Positions 53,141 to 62,836 of a stretch of 64,000 nt of DNA are shown piece after piece. The DNA lies in the IMG/VR virus record IMGVR_UViG_3300015265_000001, positions 124,001-188,000 of that record. One strand, written 5' to 3'. The notes under the pieces were generated by a model, which was not told where the DNA came from, ran no database searches, and saw nothing but the letters and a program-made list of their open reading frames with translations. The translations under genes and the position numbers were made by a program. Position 1 is the stretch's first letter. Each line of letters starts with the position of its first letter.

Positions 53141-53822
53141 ATACAACGGCCGTAAAGATTTCGCAATGCTCTCTGATTATGACCTGTCTCAGCAATTGAA
53201 CCAGCTGATCGACTGGGCCAATCTGTCGGAGAACGCCAAACAGATGCTGGCAACGGTGAGCAGACGTATGGAGTTTGCCGACCACAATGCTCCGCTGGTT
53301 CCACAAGCTGATCGCGACCAGAACCTGGTCCTCTGTTTCGAACCGCTCGAAAATCGCTCCTTCATGGATGCTTTGCAACACCACCTGCGCGATGCCTTCT
53401 GCCGAGACCGCACCGAGACCCCACGGGGAGATTTTGCTAACAAAGTTCTGTCCCTGATGGATCAGCTCGCCGTTAACGACTTCCATCACAGTTCGCCGTA
53501 CTACCATAAATACAATCTCCTTATCAAGAACGTGTTCGTGGAGTACAAACCGGATTACAGCGACTGCCGTATTATTTGTTTGGGCAAAATCGAACACGGC
53601 ACTATGTCGGCCATGATGATCCGCCGTGGCGATTGCTATCCGTTCTACATCCGCTTTACCGACGGTGTTCGCGACGTTACCCCAGGCGATTTCCTGTTCT
53701 GGAACTACAACGAAGTTTATCGTGATATCACCATCGATACCGTACATCAAACGGTTGCCACCGAAATCCACATGTACAGTGCCGGCAAAACCTTGCGGTA
53801 TCTGCATGGTAGCCAGGGGTAA
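53133..53822 (+). CDS. Hypothetical protein
   Basis: 229 aa from ATG 53133; AAGGA RBS. Confidence 0.6.
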   Translation: MREYNGRKDFAMLSDYDLSQQLNQLIDWANLSENAKQMLATVSRRMEFADHNAPLVPQADRDQNLVLCFEPLENRSFMDALQHHLRDAFCRDRTETPRGDFANKVLSLMDQLAVNDFHHSSPYYHKYNLLIKNVFVEYKPDYSDCRIICLGKIEHGTMSAMMIRRGDCYPFYIRFTDGVRDVTPGDFLFWNYNEVYRDITIDTVHQTVATEIHMYSAGKTLRYLHGSQG

Positions 53823-53827
53823 GTAAA

Positions 53828-54181
53828 ATGACCGTTGAGCGATCGAGTCTGTTACGTGTCAGGTATCTGATTATCAATGCGATAGTGGGTTCTGACAAGA
53901 AAGTCAACATGCGGCGTCTTGGTCGGTTTGTGTTGCTGGGTTCGAGACCACCTCGGTCAAAAACCACTCCGGCTCGGGAAGCCCTGCTGAAGAACATTAT
54001 CGATTCTGGTGCTGAAGCCAAAATAAATGAGTGGCTGGCGTTGGGGTACCGAATCGATTTCGTAATAGGGCATATGAAAGGTTATGCCTTCCGTAAATCA
54101 TCTCTCCTGGTTCCAGCCATTACTGAACCCTTTGAAGGTGACGGTTGGTTCCTTTATCCATTCTTAGAGACAGGTAAGTAA
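53828..54181 (+). CDS. Hypothetical protein
   Basis: 117 aa, tight operon spacing. Confidence 0.5.
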   Translation: MTVERSSLLRVRYLIINAIVGSDKKVNMRRLGRFVLLGSRPPRSKTTPAREALLKNIIDSGAEAKINEWLALGYRIDFVIGHMKGYAFRKSSLLVPAITEPFEGDGWFLYPFLETGK

Positions 54182-54182
54182 C

Positions 54183-55025
54183 ATGCTGAAAATCAATCTG
54201 CGTGATCATTGCAATCGACAGGATGCGCGTTTCGATATTGTCGCCATCTGTCATACAGCGTTAACCCACGGTCTCTCTCCAGCGAAAGTGGAAGAGATCA
54301 AAGGCAAGCTGATCTGGGACCTGAGTACTCCGGCACGCGATGGCGACGGTGAATCATCGGCGTTGTTTATTGCCAATCGCCTGAAACGGTCCTGGAACGT
54401 TGATCTGATCTTGGATTACAACGCTGGCGTCGACGGCAAGCTGAGTGATAGCCATCACGGGTATTCCAGCAGCTGGGTCAACAGCGTGTACACCATCGCG
54501 TTCCGGCATCCCATTCATGTTGAATCTGCTGAACTCGCAGGAATGCGTAATCGGCTGGCCGCCTACGAGAAAGTGTTCGGCTGTGCCGGGATGTCGATCG
54601 AGGAGATTCTGAGTCTGGCCAGTGACAAACAGCCGGTTGTCGATGACGGTGCCGGTAATCGTCGTGGCCAAGCGCAGTTCGATGAGCCTGATGAGCCATC
54701 GCTGTTTGTAGAAGGTGATGAAGAACGACTCAACCCGTACTGGGTGCTGTACACCACCAACTACCATCGCGGCCTGCTCACCAAGGAACAAGTCGAGAAC
54801 GTCGGCAACAACATGCTGACCCAACTCCAACAGTGTTCCGCAGAACGTCTGGCGGAAATCGGCCCTCGCGGTATCCCCAAAGTTCTCACCAAATACGGTC
54901 ATGTGTCTATGGCCTGGGTGGTCTACTTCAAGAACACCCAGAAACCTGACCTCAACTTCGCTCAGATTACTCGTCTGGGTCTAACTGTCGCTGAACAAGT
55001 AAAGGAGTACACCCCTCGTGGCTAA
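54183..55025 (+). CDS. Hypothetical protein
   Basis: 280 aa; RLAAYE...S.EEI motif. Confidence 0.6.
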   Translation: MLKINLRDHCNRQDARFDIVAICHTALTHGLSPAKVEEIKGKLIWDLSTPARDGDGESSALFIANRLKRSWNVDLILDYNAGVDGKLSDSHHGYSSSWVNSVYTIAFRHPIHVESAELAGMRNRLAAYEKVFGCAGMSIEEILSLASDKQPVVDDGAGNRRGQAQFDEPDEPSLFVEGDEERLNPYWVLYTTNYHRGLLTKEQVENVGNNMLTQLQQCSAERLAEIGPRGIPKVLTKYGHVSMAWVVYFKNTQKPDLNFAQITRLGLTVAEQVKEYTPRG

Positions 55026-56919
55026 TCTTAAAGTAATCGACCTCGTTCCTTACTTCACCGATCCCAAAAAGTGGATTGCTGAAAGCCGCAGGTTCTGGGA
55101 AGATCATCAGGTTTCCGTTGTAGAGGCTCTGGAAGAACTGATGGGTAAAAATCAGTTCCATCTTCAATCCTCACTCACCCTGATCGGTAACGAAATCGTT
55201 AACGCTCACGTTTATGACCGAGAACAGTGCTTTTTGATCCTCGGTCGGGGCAAAGATTTCAACAACTTCAGTTTCGACAACACTGGTGTTCGTGAGGCCT
55301 GTGTTTGTTATCTGAAGGGCAATCCTAAATTCGACCAGTTGTTCCATGTTGCCTACATCCCCAAACAAATCGAACAGGATAAGCAAGCAATGCTGACTTT
55401 TAATCTGAACCGCTTTATCGAGGTCGACGGTAACAACCGAATTGTGTTCAACGTGGAAAAGCTCCACGAGAACTTTCTGAAGCAGTTCGGTGGCGAACAT
55501 GGGCGTGTCATTCGGTCTTTTATTAACGACATTACCTCTAATCCAGAAATCAAGCTCATGGTTGAGGCGTTTGACCCACATAACCGTGCGACTGTAGACC
55601 TGGTCTGGAAAGAGCCGGTTGCTGGCGAAAACTGGACTATGGTCAAATGGAATGAGTACAAGTGGAATAAGTTGTACTCCTATTCCATTCAACGCGTGGA
55701 TTTCCGTGTTGGTGTGAACCCTATCGCCACCATCAAAGAGTATGTCAATATTTCTTTGGTCCCATTCATGAACGCCCATGGGGGTTTCGACATTCCGAAG
55801 ATTGACGCATGCGTCAAAAACAATCCGGCTTACGAGAATTTTAGTGATCGCGAAAAGGATGTCTTCGACGAGTTCAAGGTTGAATACAGCGCGGGGGCTA
55901 ACAACCGCGACGTTGCAGGCATCTTCGGTAACCCTCGACCACCGATGGCGTTTTACCTGGTATTGGGGGATCTGGACCAGGATACTCTCGGTGCGTATCA
56001 ATACTGCTTGGCAGGCAAAGGGTTCCACCTCATCGCCATTGCTGTTAACAAACAAGCTGATCGGCCAGCTGACTCTTTCGGTGCATATGCGGGCGGCCAA
56101 TTCGGTTACTACGGTGGCGCTCAGCTTAACCAGCAGAGCCTGCATCCTCAAGATCAGTGGCTACATGTCAATAGCGACATGCTGATCGAGTTGTTGAACC
56201 ACTATGCGCTGACGCAAGTAGTGCCGTTCCCTGAAAATGCTCCTCGCCACCAACTGCCGCAAGGTATGGATCTGCTCAAGTTGGTCCAGCTGCGTCTGGG
56301 CGCTGATCGCATGCATCGCGGTATTCCGGGTATGCCTGGGTTCAACCACATGTACGACCACATCCACAGCCGTGTTCACAACTATGGTCCGGATATATTC
56401 AACCAGCCGTATGCCTTCCGCAACCCACAAGGGGGTATGTTCAGCCAGGACACGTATTTCCAACCGGCGGTAACGAGCGGGCGCTATGCTCGTCATTCTC
56501 GTACCGGCGCTTGGACGTGGTATCCGAACGTGCCGTTTAACGCTGTCTATACCGTCGACAAATCGAGTATCAGCCCTCGTGACAGAACTCGTGAACTTAT
56601 CGGTCAGATAGCCAACACCTTGGATAAACACCGTCCTGGCAGCGGTCGTGCTATCGACGTCATGATGGAAGAGATCGCCTTTGCGTTGGCTAACCACGAA
56701 GAGCCCAAAGTGCTTGAGTTGTTAGGTCAAGACAAGGTGATTCTATTTGTTGGCGGGCCTCTGGACGTCGATCAGACTTACTTGGCGTCAGCTTATGGCT
56801 CGTTTAGCAACTGGATTCTGCTCCCTTCGGAAATCGATCCTGAGCACCCAAAGGCGGGTATTGCGGGTATTGCTCGTGCCACACACATGCCACAGAAGTT
56901 GCCAGTTGACTTCTACTAA
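55018..56919 (+). CDS. Large hypothetical protein
   Basis: 633 aa, GTG start, AAGGAG RBS; G/Q/P/N-rich segment near the C-terminal third. Confidence 0.65.
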   Translation: MANLKVIDLVPYFTDPKKWIAESRRFWEDHQVSVVEALEELMGKNQFHLQSSLTLIGNEIVNAHVYDREQCFLILGRGKDFNNFSFDNTGVREACVCYLKGNPKFDQLFHVAYIPKQIEQDKQAMLTFNLNRFIEVDGNNRIVFNVEKLHENFLKQFGGEHGRVIRSFINDITSNPEIKLMVEAFDPHNRATVDLVWKEPVAGENWTMVKWNEYKWNKLYSYSIQRVDFRVGVNPIATIKEYVNISLVPFMNAHGGFDIPKIDACVKNNPAYENFSDREKDVFDEFKVEYSAGANNRDVAGIFGNPRPPMAFYLVLGDLDQDTLGAYQYCLAGKGFHLIAIAVNKQADRPADSFGAYAGGQFGYYGGAQLNQQSLHPQDQWLHVNSDMLIELLNHYALTQVVPFPENAPRHQLPQGMDLLKLVQLRLGADRMHRGIPGMPGFNHMYDHIHSRVHNYGPDIFNQPYAFRNPQGGMFSQDTYFQPAVTSGRYARHSRTGAWTWYPNVPFNAVYTVDKSSISPRDRTRELIGQIANTLDKHRPGSGRAIDVMMEEIAFALANHEEPKVLELLGQDKVILFVGGPLDVDQTYLASAYGSFSNWILLPSEIDPEHPKAGIAGIARATHMPQKLPVDFY

Positions 56920-56928
56920 GTAGCAACC

Positions 56929-56964
56929 GGGCTGTAGGGTAATTCCTGCGGCCCCTTTCTTTTT
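56929..56964 (+). terminator. Intrinsic terminator
   Basis: GGGCTGTAGG-GTAATT-CCTGCGGCCC followed by CTTTCTTTTT. Confidence 0.8.
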
Positions 56965-56986
56965 ATTCAGTCAAGGAATAACAATC

Positions 56987-57481
56987 ATGGATCCAATTGA
57001 AATCGAAGCAGCTTTGTCTCCTATCGAGCAAGAAAACCAGGTACTGGAGTATTTCAAAAATAACTTCACTACCAATCCTAAGAAGCTGTGCAAAATGGCG
57101 GTTCGTATTTGGAACGATCAGCCGCCGTTCATCCAGAAGGGTTTGTTGCAGAACATCCTCGACGCTGTTGATCCGGTCAACATGCTGCGGGATTTCTTCA
57201 AAATGATGGACGAGTGGAAACAAGTCGTTCCCGCTCTGATTGCTGATGGTGCGCACGGCATGATCGTCGACAAGAAGAACACCATCTTCGGCGTCGAGAT
57301 CAAAGCCAATGAAAAATGGCTGCGTGCTAATGATCTTTGGAACCCCGACCAGGAAGCTGATATCCAGGACGAGGTTATGAAACAATGGATGGCCGATCAG
57401 GGGTTGAAACACTTCCATGGCAAGATTGTCCTATTTGACAACTTTGGCTTTAGCGGGATGTGCCGCGAAATTTGTCTCTGA
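56987..57481 (+). CDS. Paralog family A, member 1
   Basis: NFTTNPKKL.KM, LIADGAHG and ANEKWL motifs. Confidence 0.7.
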   Translation: MDPIEIEAALSPIEQENQVLEYFKNNFTTNPKKLCKMAVRIWNDQPPFIQKGLLQNILDAVDPVNMLRDFFKMMDEWKQVVPALIADGAHGMIVDKKNTIFGVEIKANEKWLRANDLWNPDQEADIQDEVMKQWMADQGLKHFHGKIVLFDNFGFSGMCREICL

Positions 57482-57494
57482 GATGGAGGACAGA

Positions 57495-58112
57495 ATGGAT
57501 TACGTATTTGATGAAACACTGTCTCCTTTTAACCAGGAGCTGCATGTACTGGATTGGTTCCAGCGTAACTTTACGACCAATCCCAAGAAACTGAAGAAGA
57601 TGAATGAACGTATTCGTCCTCAGTTGCCAACCTGGATCCAGAAGAGCCTGTGTGACACCCTGGCGCGTTCTGCTGACCCGGTTAAGTTCATGCGTCACGC
57701 TTTCCGTGATCTCGCCGCCTACCCGGCTATCATGGCTCGTCTGATCGCCGAGGGTAACCACGGCATGATCATGATGGGTCCTGAAGTGTTCGGTTTCAGT
57801 CTCGATACCAACGAGAAGTGGCTGAATGCGGATAAGACCGGTAAGTGGACCCAAGACGATGAAAGCGACATCATCGACAAGGCTCTGCAATACTGGATGA
57901 TCAAAGAACGTCGTCGCAAGGTAACCTGCCGTATTACGTTGTTTGCTGACTTCGGGTTCTCCGGTATTCCTTACGAGACCACTCACAAACTCAGCGACCG
58001 GCTGTGGAATGAGTTGTTGCCACACTGGAAGAAAGAGGACGAGGCACGTGACAATCTCGAACTCCAGTATTTGTTGAACCCTGAATTGCGGGAGCAACAG
58101 AATAATGGATGA
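57495..58112 (+). CDS. Paralog family A, member 2
   Basis: Start 57495 (GGAGGA RBS) aligns with the member 1 N-terminus; same motifs. Confidence 0.7.
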   Translation: MDYVFDETLSPFNQELHVLDWFQRNFTTNPKKLKKMNERIRPQLPTWIQKSLCDTLARSADPVKFMRHAFRDLAAYPAIMARLIAEGNHGMIMMGPEVFGFSLDTNEKWLNADKTGKWTQDDESDIIDKALQYWMIKERRRKVTCRITLFADFGFSGIPYETTHKLSDRLWNELLPHWKKEDEARDNLELQYLLNPELREQQNNG

Positions 58113-58461
58113 TAAACCTCAGTTTAGTTACGAGGTTGCGGAGATTGTTGGTAAGCGCCTGGAGAAGATGCTTGAGGGGTTGAATAGAGAACATGCGATG
58201 GCTGCTATTGAAGAGTTCATCGACGACTACACGCACAGTTTCTTCGGCATTAGTGTCATTGATACGTTGCGTAAGGTCAAGTTCGCCGATCAGGGTCGTT
58301 CTCAGTGCATCCAGCCGTTGGCTAAAGGTCGTGCTGTGTTGGTGTCGGCTTATGGCTTTAATGTCAAAACTGATACCAAGTGCAAGTGTGGGCGGGCTTT
58401 CATTGTTTTGGATGAAAGAACCCGCGAAGACCGGGATAAAGAAATGGAAAGTATGGGGTAG
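58105..58461 (+). CDS. Hypothetical protein with possible zinc ligands
   Basis: 118 aa; C...CKCG. Confidence 0.55.
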   Translation: MDDKPQFSYEVAEIVGKRLEKMLEGLNREHAMAAIEEFIDDYTHSFFGISVIDTLRKVKFADQGRSQCIQPLAKGRAVLVSAYGFNVKTDTKCKCGRAFIVLDERTREDRDKEMESMG

Positions 58462-58466
58462 TCATT

Positions 58467-58949
58467 ATGTCCGAAGATGAAAAGAAACGTCGCATCCTTC
58501 ATATTGACAGCATTAGCATTACTCGTAGCGGCGGTGATAACGGGTCTACACCGCCTGAGAAGCGTGGGCCGGGTGATCTGGAGTGTGGTCCGCCAGATAA
58601 AGCCGAAACGCCAAACACGTTAGCAGACTTGTTCAAAGCAATGGATTACAGTCATAGCAAACCAGGTCAAGTGTTCGACGATATACGCGCAATGAATCTT
58701 CATCTGCCACCGGCCCATCGTCATGTCTTCCCTGGCGCAGTACTGGATTACTCCAAACTGTCTGCGGAGATGCTTGGCAGGACGTGGCAGGATATCGAGA
58801 TGGAGCGAATCAAAGGACTCATCAGGGATAATCCTGATATGGCCAACGATGAGCTCTATATGCTCGTTATGGGGCTGTCAAGTGGTCCCGCGCTCTATCA
58901 GACGACTAAGTGTCCAAAATGCAACCAGGGCGATTCTGAGAAGGATTAA
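58467..58949 (+). CDS. Hypothetical protein
   Basis: 160 aa; terminal CPKC. Confidence 0.55.
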   Translation: MSEDEKKRRILHIDSISITRSGGDNGSTPPEKRGPGDLECGPPDKAETPNTLADLFKAMDYSHSKPGQVFDDIRAMNLHLPPAHRHVFPGAVLDYSKLSAEMLGRTWQDIEMERIKGLIRDNPDMANDELYMLVMGLSSGPALYQTTKCPKCNQGDSEKD

Positions 58950-58970
58950 ACACAACTACCGAGGTGTCCA

Positions 58971-59321
58971 ATGAACAAAGCATTACTAGACCGTATGGCA
59001 AGTAGTATCACCCTCACGCTTGATTCGGGCAAAGAGTATGTCGTTAAGCCCGTACCGGTTGCGTCAGCGGAGGAGTTTGCCACTCTGGGGATTACCGATC
59101 CTGATGATCCTAAACATGGCGTGCTGGCTCTGGTGGAGGTTAATCTGTCTACCCCCACCATCGAAATGCTGATGAACAATTTCGAGCCGTCCGATGTGAA
59201 GTACGACATCAAAAGCAATCGGTTTGTTCATTGGAAGAACCCCCTGGCCGATCGTCCTTTGCGGGAAGAACTCTGGGGTAAACTCGCTGACCATTTGACC
59301 AAGGATTCGAGCAATGAATAA
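58971..59321 (+). CDS. Hypothetical protein
   Basis: 116 aa, GAGGT RBS. Confidence 0.6.
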   Translation: MNKALLDRMASSITLTLDSGKEYVVKPVPVASAEEFATLGITDPDDPKHGVLALVEVNLSTPTIEMLMNNFEPSDVKYDIKSNRFVHWKNPLADRPLREELWGKLADHLTKDSSNE

Positions 59322-60066
59322 AGATACCCCTTTCTATATTCCGGATGAAGACGAACCCAGCGTGTTCAGTTCTGTGGTCCGTGCTGATAACGAGTACCCT
59401 GGGAGCGGCGGCTTTAACCACCACCTGTGGAGCTGGCCGGATTGGCGTAAGGAAAAACGTTGGAACCGTCATTTCGAACACTGGCGCGCTAAGAATCCGG
59501 ATGCCAACCCTCTGCACTGTCCTCCGTGCTTTGGTTCTGACACTACATCAAGTGAAGGTCTGAAGCTTATTGTTCGACTGCGCGGTGAAATTCAGGATCC
59601 GGATTATCCAGTCTTTGATCCAGCACCCACAATGTTCATTGGCGATACTCGCCAGATCAGCCTGCGCTGGGTGTTGCAGACAGCCAAGACTACTGGTATC
59701 AGTCCAGATGAAGCAGTCCTGATTGCAGAGAAGGAACGCGACTTGGGTGGTCTCACACTGCATGATCAGGGGCAGTGGTGTCATTACTGGTGGAAGAAGA
59801 TCATGGATCTGCCGGGTATCGCTTACCCGATCTGGCGTTACAGGGCAGATAAGGATTATGTAGCTGTACCTTATCTGCTGATGCCGGGTCCTCTGAGCGA
59901 ATCGATCGTTATCGTGCAGGGCCATCAAACTAACCCGAAAATCACTTACAAGCTGGTTACCATCCGACAGCGGGGCGGTGAGGTCGTCGGTGAGTTTACC
60001 GGATATGAGGGGTTCGATCGGGAGCAGCTGGATACCTTGCTCGACACTTTCTGGGCGGGCTTTTAA
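59314..60066 (+). CDS. Trp-rich hypothetical protein
   Basis: 250 aa, AAGGA RBS. Confidence 0.6.
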   Translation: MNKDTPFYIPDEDEPSVFSSVVRADNEYPGSGGFNHHLWSWPDWRKEKRWNRHFEHWRAKNPDANPLHCPPCFGSDTTSSEGLKLIVRLRGEIQDPDYPVFDPAPTMFIGDTRQISLRWVLQTAKTTGISPDEAVLIAEKERDLGGLTLHDQGQWCHYWWKKIMDLPGIAYPIWRYRADKDYVAVPYLLMPGPLSESIVIVQGHQTNPKITYKLVTIRQRGGEVVGEFTGYEGFDREQLDTLLDTFWAGF

Positions 60067-60078
60067 TTAGGAGCTGTT

Positions 60079-60264
60079 ATGAAGATCGATATGGAAAAAC
60101 GCTTTGGTCCTGGCGGCTCTGATGAGCAAGTCACGGACATGGTGAAGCGGGTGGCTGAAGAAGTTCGTTTTGGTCACACCGGTCCTACCTTGGATATTCT
60201 CGAAATCACAAAGAAAGGAAAACGTTTTCATGAAAAAGAAAAGAACGTTCGGGGTAAGTCCTAA
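60079..60264 (+). CDS. Small hypothetical protein
   Basis: 61 aa, AGGAG RBS. Confidence 0.55.
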   Translation: MKIDMEKRFGPGGSDEQVTDMVKRVAEEVRFGHTGPTLDILEITKKGKRFHEKEKNVRGKS

Positions 60265-61360
60265 AGGCGCGCTCGTTCTTCGTGAACGCGAGGAACAACG
60301 TCGCGCTAATCTCCCACGGGTAGAAGCTATGCGCGATGGGGCGTTGAAACGTGTTGAAGAGAATCCATTGCTCAAACTGATGGCGGAGTTTCCAATGCTG
60401 CCGGTTATTGACCTGGATAAAGTAATTGATCCGTCGGTTAAAGATGCACTGGATATCTCGTTGCTGACAGTACGTGGCGGCGGCCTCGGTAAAATGCCTT
60501 GGGACAAGCATATCACGGGTCGGCATTACAACACTCAGCCGGCTGCTGACGAAGATTTCTTGAAGAAGGTGACTGATCATCTGATCCGACCCTTAAAGGT
60601 CTTCGACCCTGCCTGGGAAGGTAAGGCGATCAATATGCCCAACAACCAGGAGGATATCCATTTCACCTTTGACCCACTCACTTCCTTCAATGATAAGCTG
60701 CAAATCGAGCTTGTCGAGAACGATAACCAGCCAATCAGCAATTGGTTGAACTCCTGGTATCCAGGTGGTGTGTTGGTCGACCCAGCTGAACGTGCCCTGT
60801 CGCCAAACTCTGCTGGGCTTGCGTATCGCATGAAAATGGCGAATGCCCGGGGTGAAGTTGGTCATGATGACAACAACTATCGGGACTTCTTTGATACGAT
60901 CACTTCGTGGTACACCCGTGACGCAACGCCTGTTGAATACCGGCTCTATACCTCCGAAGTGAAGATCTGCGCCGACATGGAAAAGCTGATGAAGTATTTC
61001 AGCGAATTCAAAGAACGGCATGGGGTGCGTCTTAGTGGTCTTGATATCACCCTCGGTTTTGAAGAGGATAACCGCTACAAGCTGATGGTTACGGAAGTCT
61101 TCTACCAAGAGAAGAAAATGCTGTTGTTAGAAGTCGTTACCACCGTTCCCAACATGCGGCAGATGGGTTATGTACGGCTCTTCAAGGACCCTGGTACCGT
61201 CAGGGCTCGTCACGATGGCGAACGCGATATCTCGTATACGTTCAATACGTTCTTCAGCGACTTTAACGTGTTCGGTCGTGATCAACTGTCGCAGTTCCTG
61301 GACATTGTTGTGTACTGCCTCGACAAAGGCGTTCGTGAAGACATTTCGTATTACGGGTAG
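60230..61360 (+). CDS. Hypothetical protein
   Basis: 376 aa from ATG 60230; AAGGA RBS. Confidence 0.6.
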   Translation: MKKKRTFGVSPKGALVLREREEQRRANLPRVEAMRDGALKRVEENPLLKLMAEFPMLPVIDLDKVIDPSVKDALDISLLTVRGGGLGKMPWDKHITGRHYNTQPAADEDFLKKVTDHLIRPLKVFDPAWEGKAINMPNNQEDIHFTFDPLTSFNDKLQIELVENDNQPISNWLNSWYPGGVLVDPAERALSPNSAGLAYRMKMANARGEVGHDDNNYRDFFDTITSWYTRDATPVEYRLYTSEVKICADMEKLMKYFSEFKERHGVRLSGLDITLGFEEDNRYKLMVTEVFYQEKKMLLLEVVTTVPNMRQMGYVRLFKDPGTVRARHDGERDISYTFNTFFSDFNVFGRDQLSQFLDIVVYCLDKGVREDISYYG

Positions 61361-61365
61361 GTTAT

Positions 61366-61875
61366 ATGCAACAGATACCTGAGGGGGCGTACGAAGACCC
61401 CTTTGCTGACGAAGCGGTTATTCTTCAGTACTACAAGGACAACTGGCCAAAGAACCTCAAGAAATTGAAGTCGATGGCAGTGCAGTTGTCCAAAGAACCA
61501 GGTCAGAAACGTTACCTGGTTGAAGGTATCCTGAACTCCATCCAACGCTCTTCTCGACCGGATGCATACTTGCGGGAATGCTTTAAGCAGCACGACGATT
61601 ATTCCGTTTTGATTCCTGAGTTTATCGCTGAGGGTCATCACGGTATTCTGTTTGTTAATCGCGTGCTGTATCCCGTTACAGTAGTGGCCAACAAGAAGTG
61701 GTTGCGTAAAAGCGACAAGTGGGACTTCCAGCAGGAACTCGAGATCATGGAGTCCCTGGCTAAGGAATGGATGAAGGAAAACGGCAAAGTACGTTTGGAC
61801 GGTAAGATGCTGTTGTTCCCCGTGTTCGGGTTCAGTGGTCTCTACCGTAAACTAGTGATGGAATTGAAGGGGTAA
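61366..61875 (+). CDS. Paralog family A, member 3
   Basis: NWPKNLKKLKSM, FIAEGHHG, ANKKWL, LFPVFGFSG. Confidence 0.7.
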   Translation: MQQIPEGAYEDPFADEAVILQYYKDNWPKNLKKLKSMAVQLSKEPGQKRYLVEGILNSIQRSSRPDAYLRECFKQHDDYSVLIPEFIAEGHHGILFVNRVLYPVTVVANKKWLRKSDKWDFQQELEIMESLAKEWMKENGKVRLDGKMLLFPVFGFSGLYRKLVMELKG

Positions 61876-61880
61876 TAATT

Positions 61881-62825
61881 ATGAGTCTGGCTAATGTAAC
61901 TACCGCTACTCAACTGGAAGAGGAAGCGTCTCGTCTGGCGCGTTTCAAACATCACGAAATGATGGAAACCCTGTTCGACCAGGATCTTCCAAAGATGGTG
62001 GAAGAAGAATGGCTGAAGGTACTCGGCGGTAAGCGAGTCCCTGCGGCATTGATCAGCGACATCAGAACGCTGGTCGAGCGTTTCAACTACATGGCTGTTC
62101 GTCTGAAAGCCTACGAAAATCGCTACAGCCTCCAAGTGTTCGAGAACCCCAAGCTCCTGGAAGTACTCGAGCGCACGCCCCGTAGTGACGAGCCACCGCT
62201 CGATGAAAACCACATGGGCTGGATCCATGATCGCGATCCGCTGACCTGGCGAGAACTGATTCATCCGGACGTCCCCACTGAGGGTATCGCCAACGTCATC
62301 GAAAGCTTTGTCACTCACTCGGCAGAAAAGCTGGGCCTAGACGAACGCGATATCCTTAACCTGCGTGCCGGCGCTGAACGACTGAGCTTCATGCTGCCGC
62401 GTCTGAAGCAGTTCGAGGGTACCCTGGGGCTGGGTGATTTCTCCACCCGTGATATCGAAACTTTCGTCAAGGATAACAAAGATCGCTTCGATGATCTCAA
62501 AGCACAGGTGCAATGCTATCGCGTCGGTGATGGTCCTGAACCAGATGCTTTCGAGGTGCGTAACTTCGGTACCCGTTCCATCCGCATTCTCAGCAAGGCG
62601 TGGCTGGAGTGGTATTCGCGGTCTACCCCGAATCAAACCGTCGATTCCTGCATCAATGCATGTGGTCGTCGCGTGGTGGAGAAACTCTTCCCTAGCGCTG
62701 AAAGTCGTGTTGGGTTGACCTGGTCCATCGGTACTGAAGATCAGTGGCGCAACTACCGTGGTGAGGAGGAACCTCTCTTCCCTATGGAAATCCGCATTAC
62801 CCGTGTAACCAAAACAGTTCTTTAA
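61881..62825 (+). CDS. Hypothetical protein with internal duplication
   Basis: ERFNYMAVRLKAYE and ERLSFMLPRLKQFE. Confidence 0.6.
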   Translation: MSLANVTTATQLEEEASRLARFKHHEMMETLFDQDLPKMVEEEWLKVLGGKRVPAALISDIRTLVERFNYMAVRLKAYENRYSLQVFENPKLLEVLERTPRSDEPPLDENHMGWIHDRDPLTWRELIHPDVPTEGIANVIESFVTHSAEKLGLDERDILNLRAGAERLSFMLPRLKQFEGTLGLGDFSTRDIETFVKDNKDRFDDLKAQVQCYRVGDGPEPDAFEVRNFGTRSIRILSKAWLEWYSRSTPNQTVDSCINACGRRVVEKLFPSAESRVGLTWSIGTEDQWRNYRGEEEPLFPMEIRITRVTKTVL

Positions 62826-62836
62826 GGAGCCGGCTC

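Noticed and set aside
57417-57494. Upstream in-frame start giving MARLSYLTTLALAG-C, a lipobox look-alike
   Set aside because: It overlaps the previous gene, has a poor RBS and a short h-region. Paralog alignment and a GGAGGA RBS support the start at 57495.
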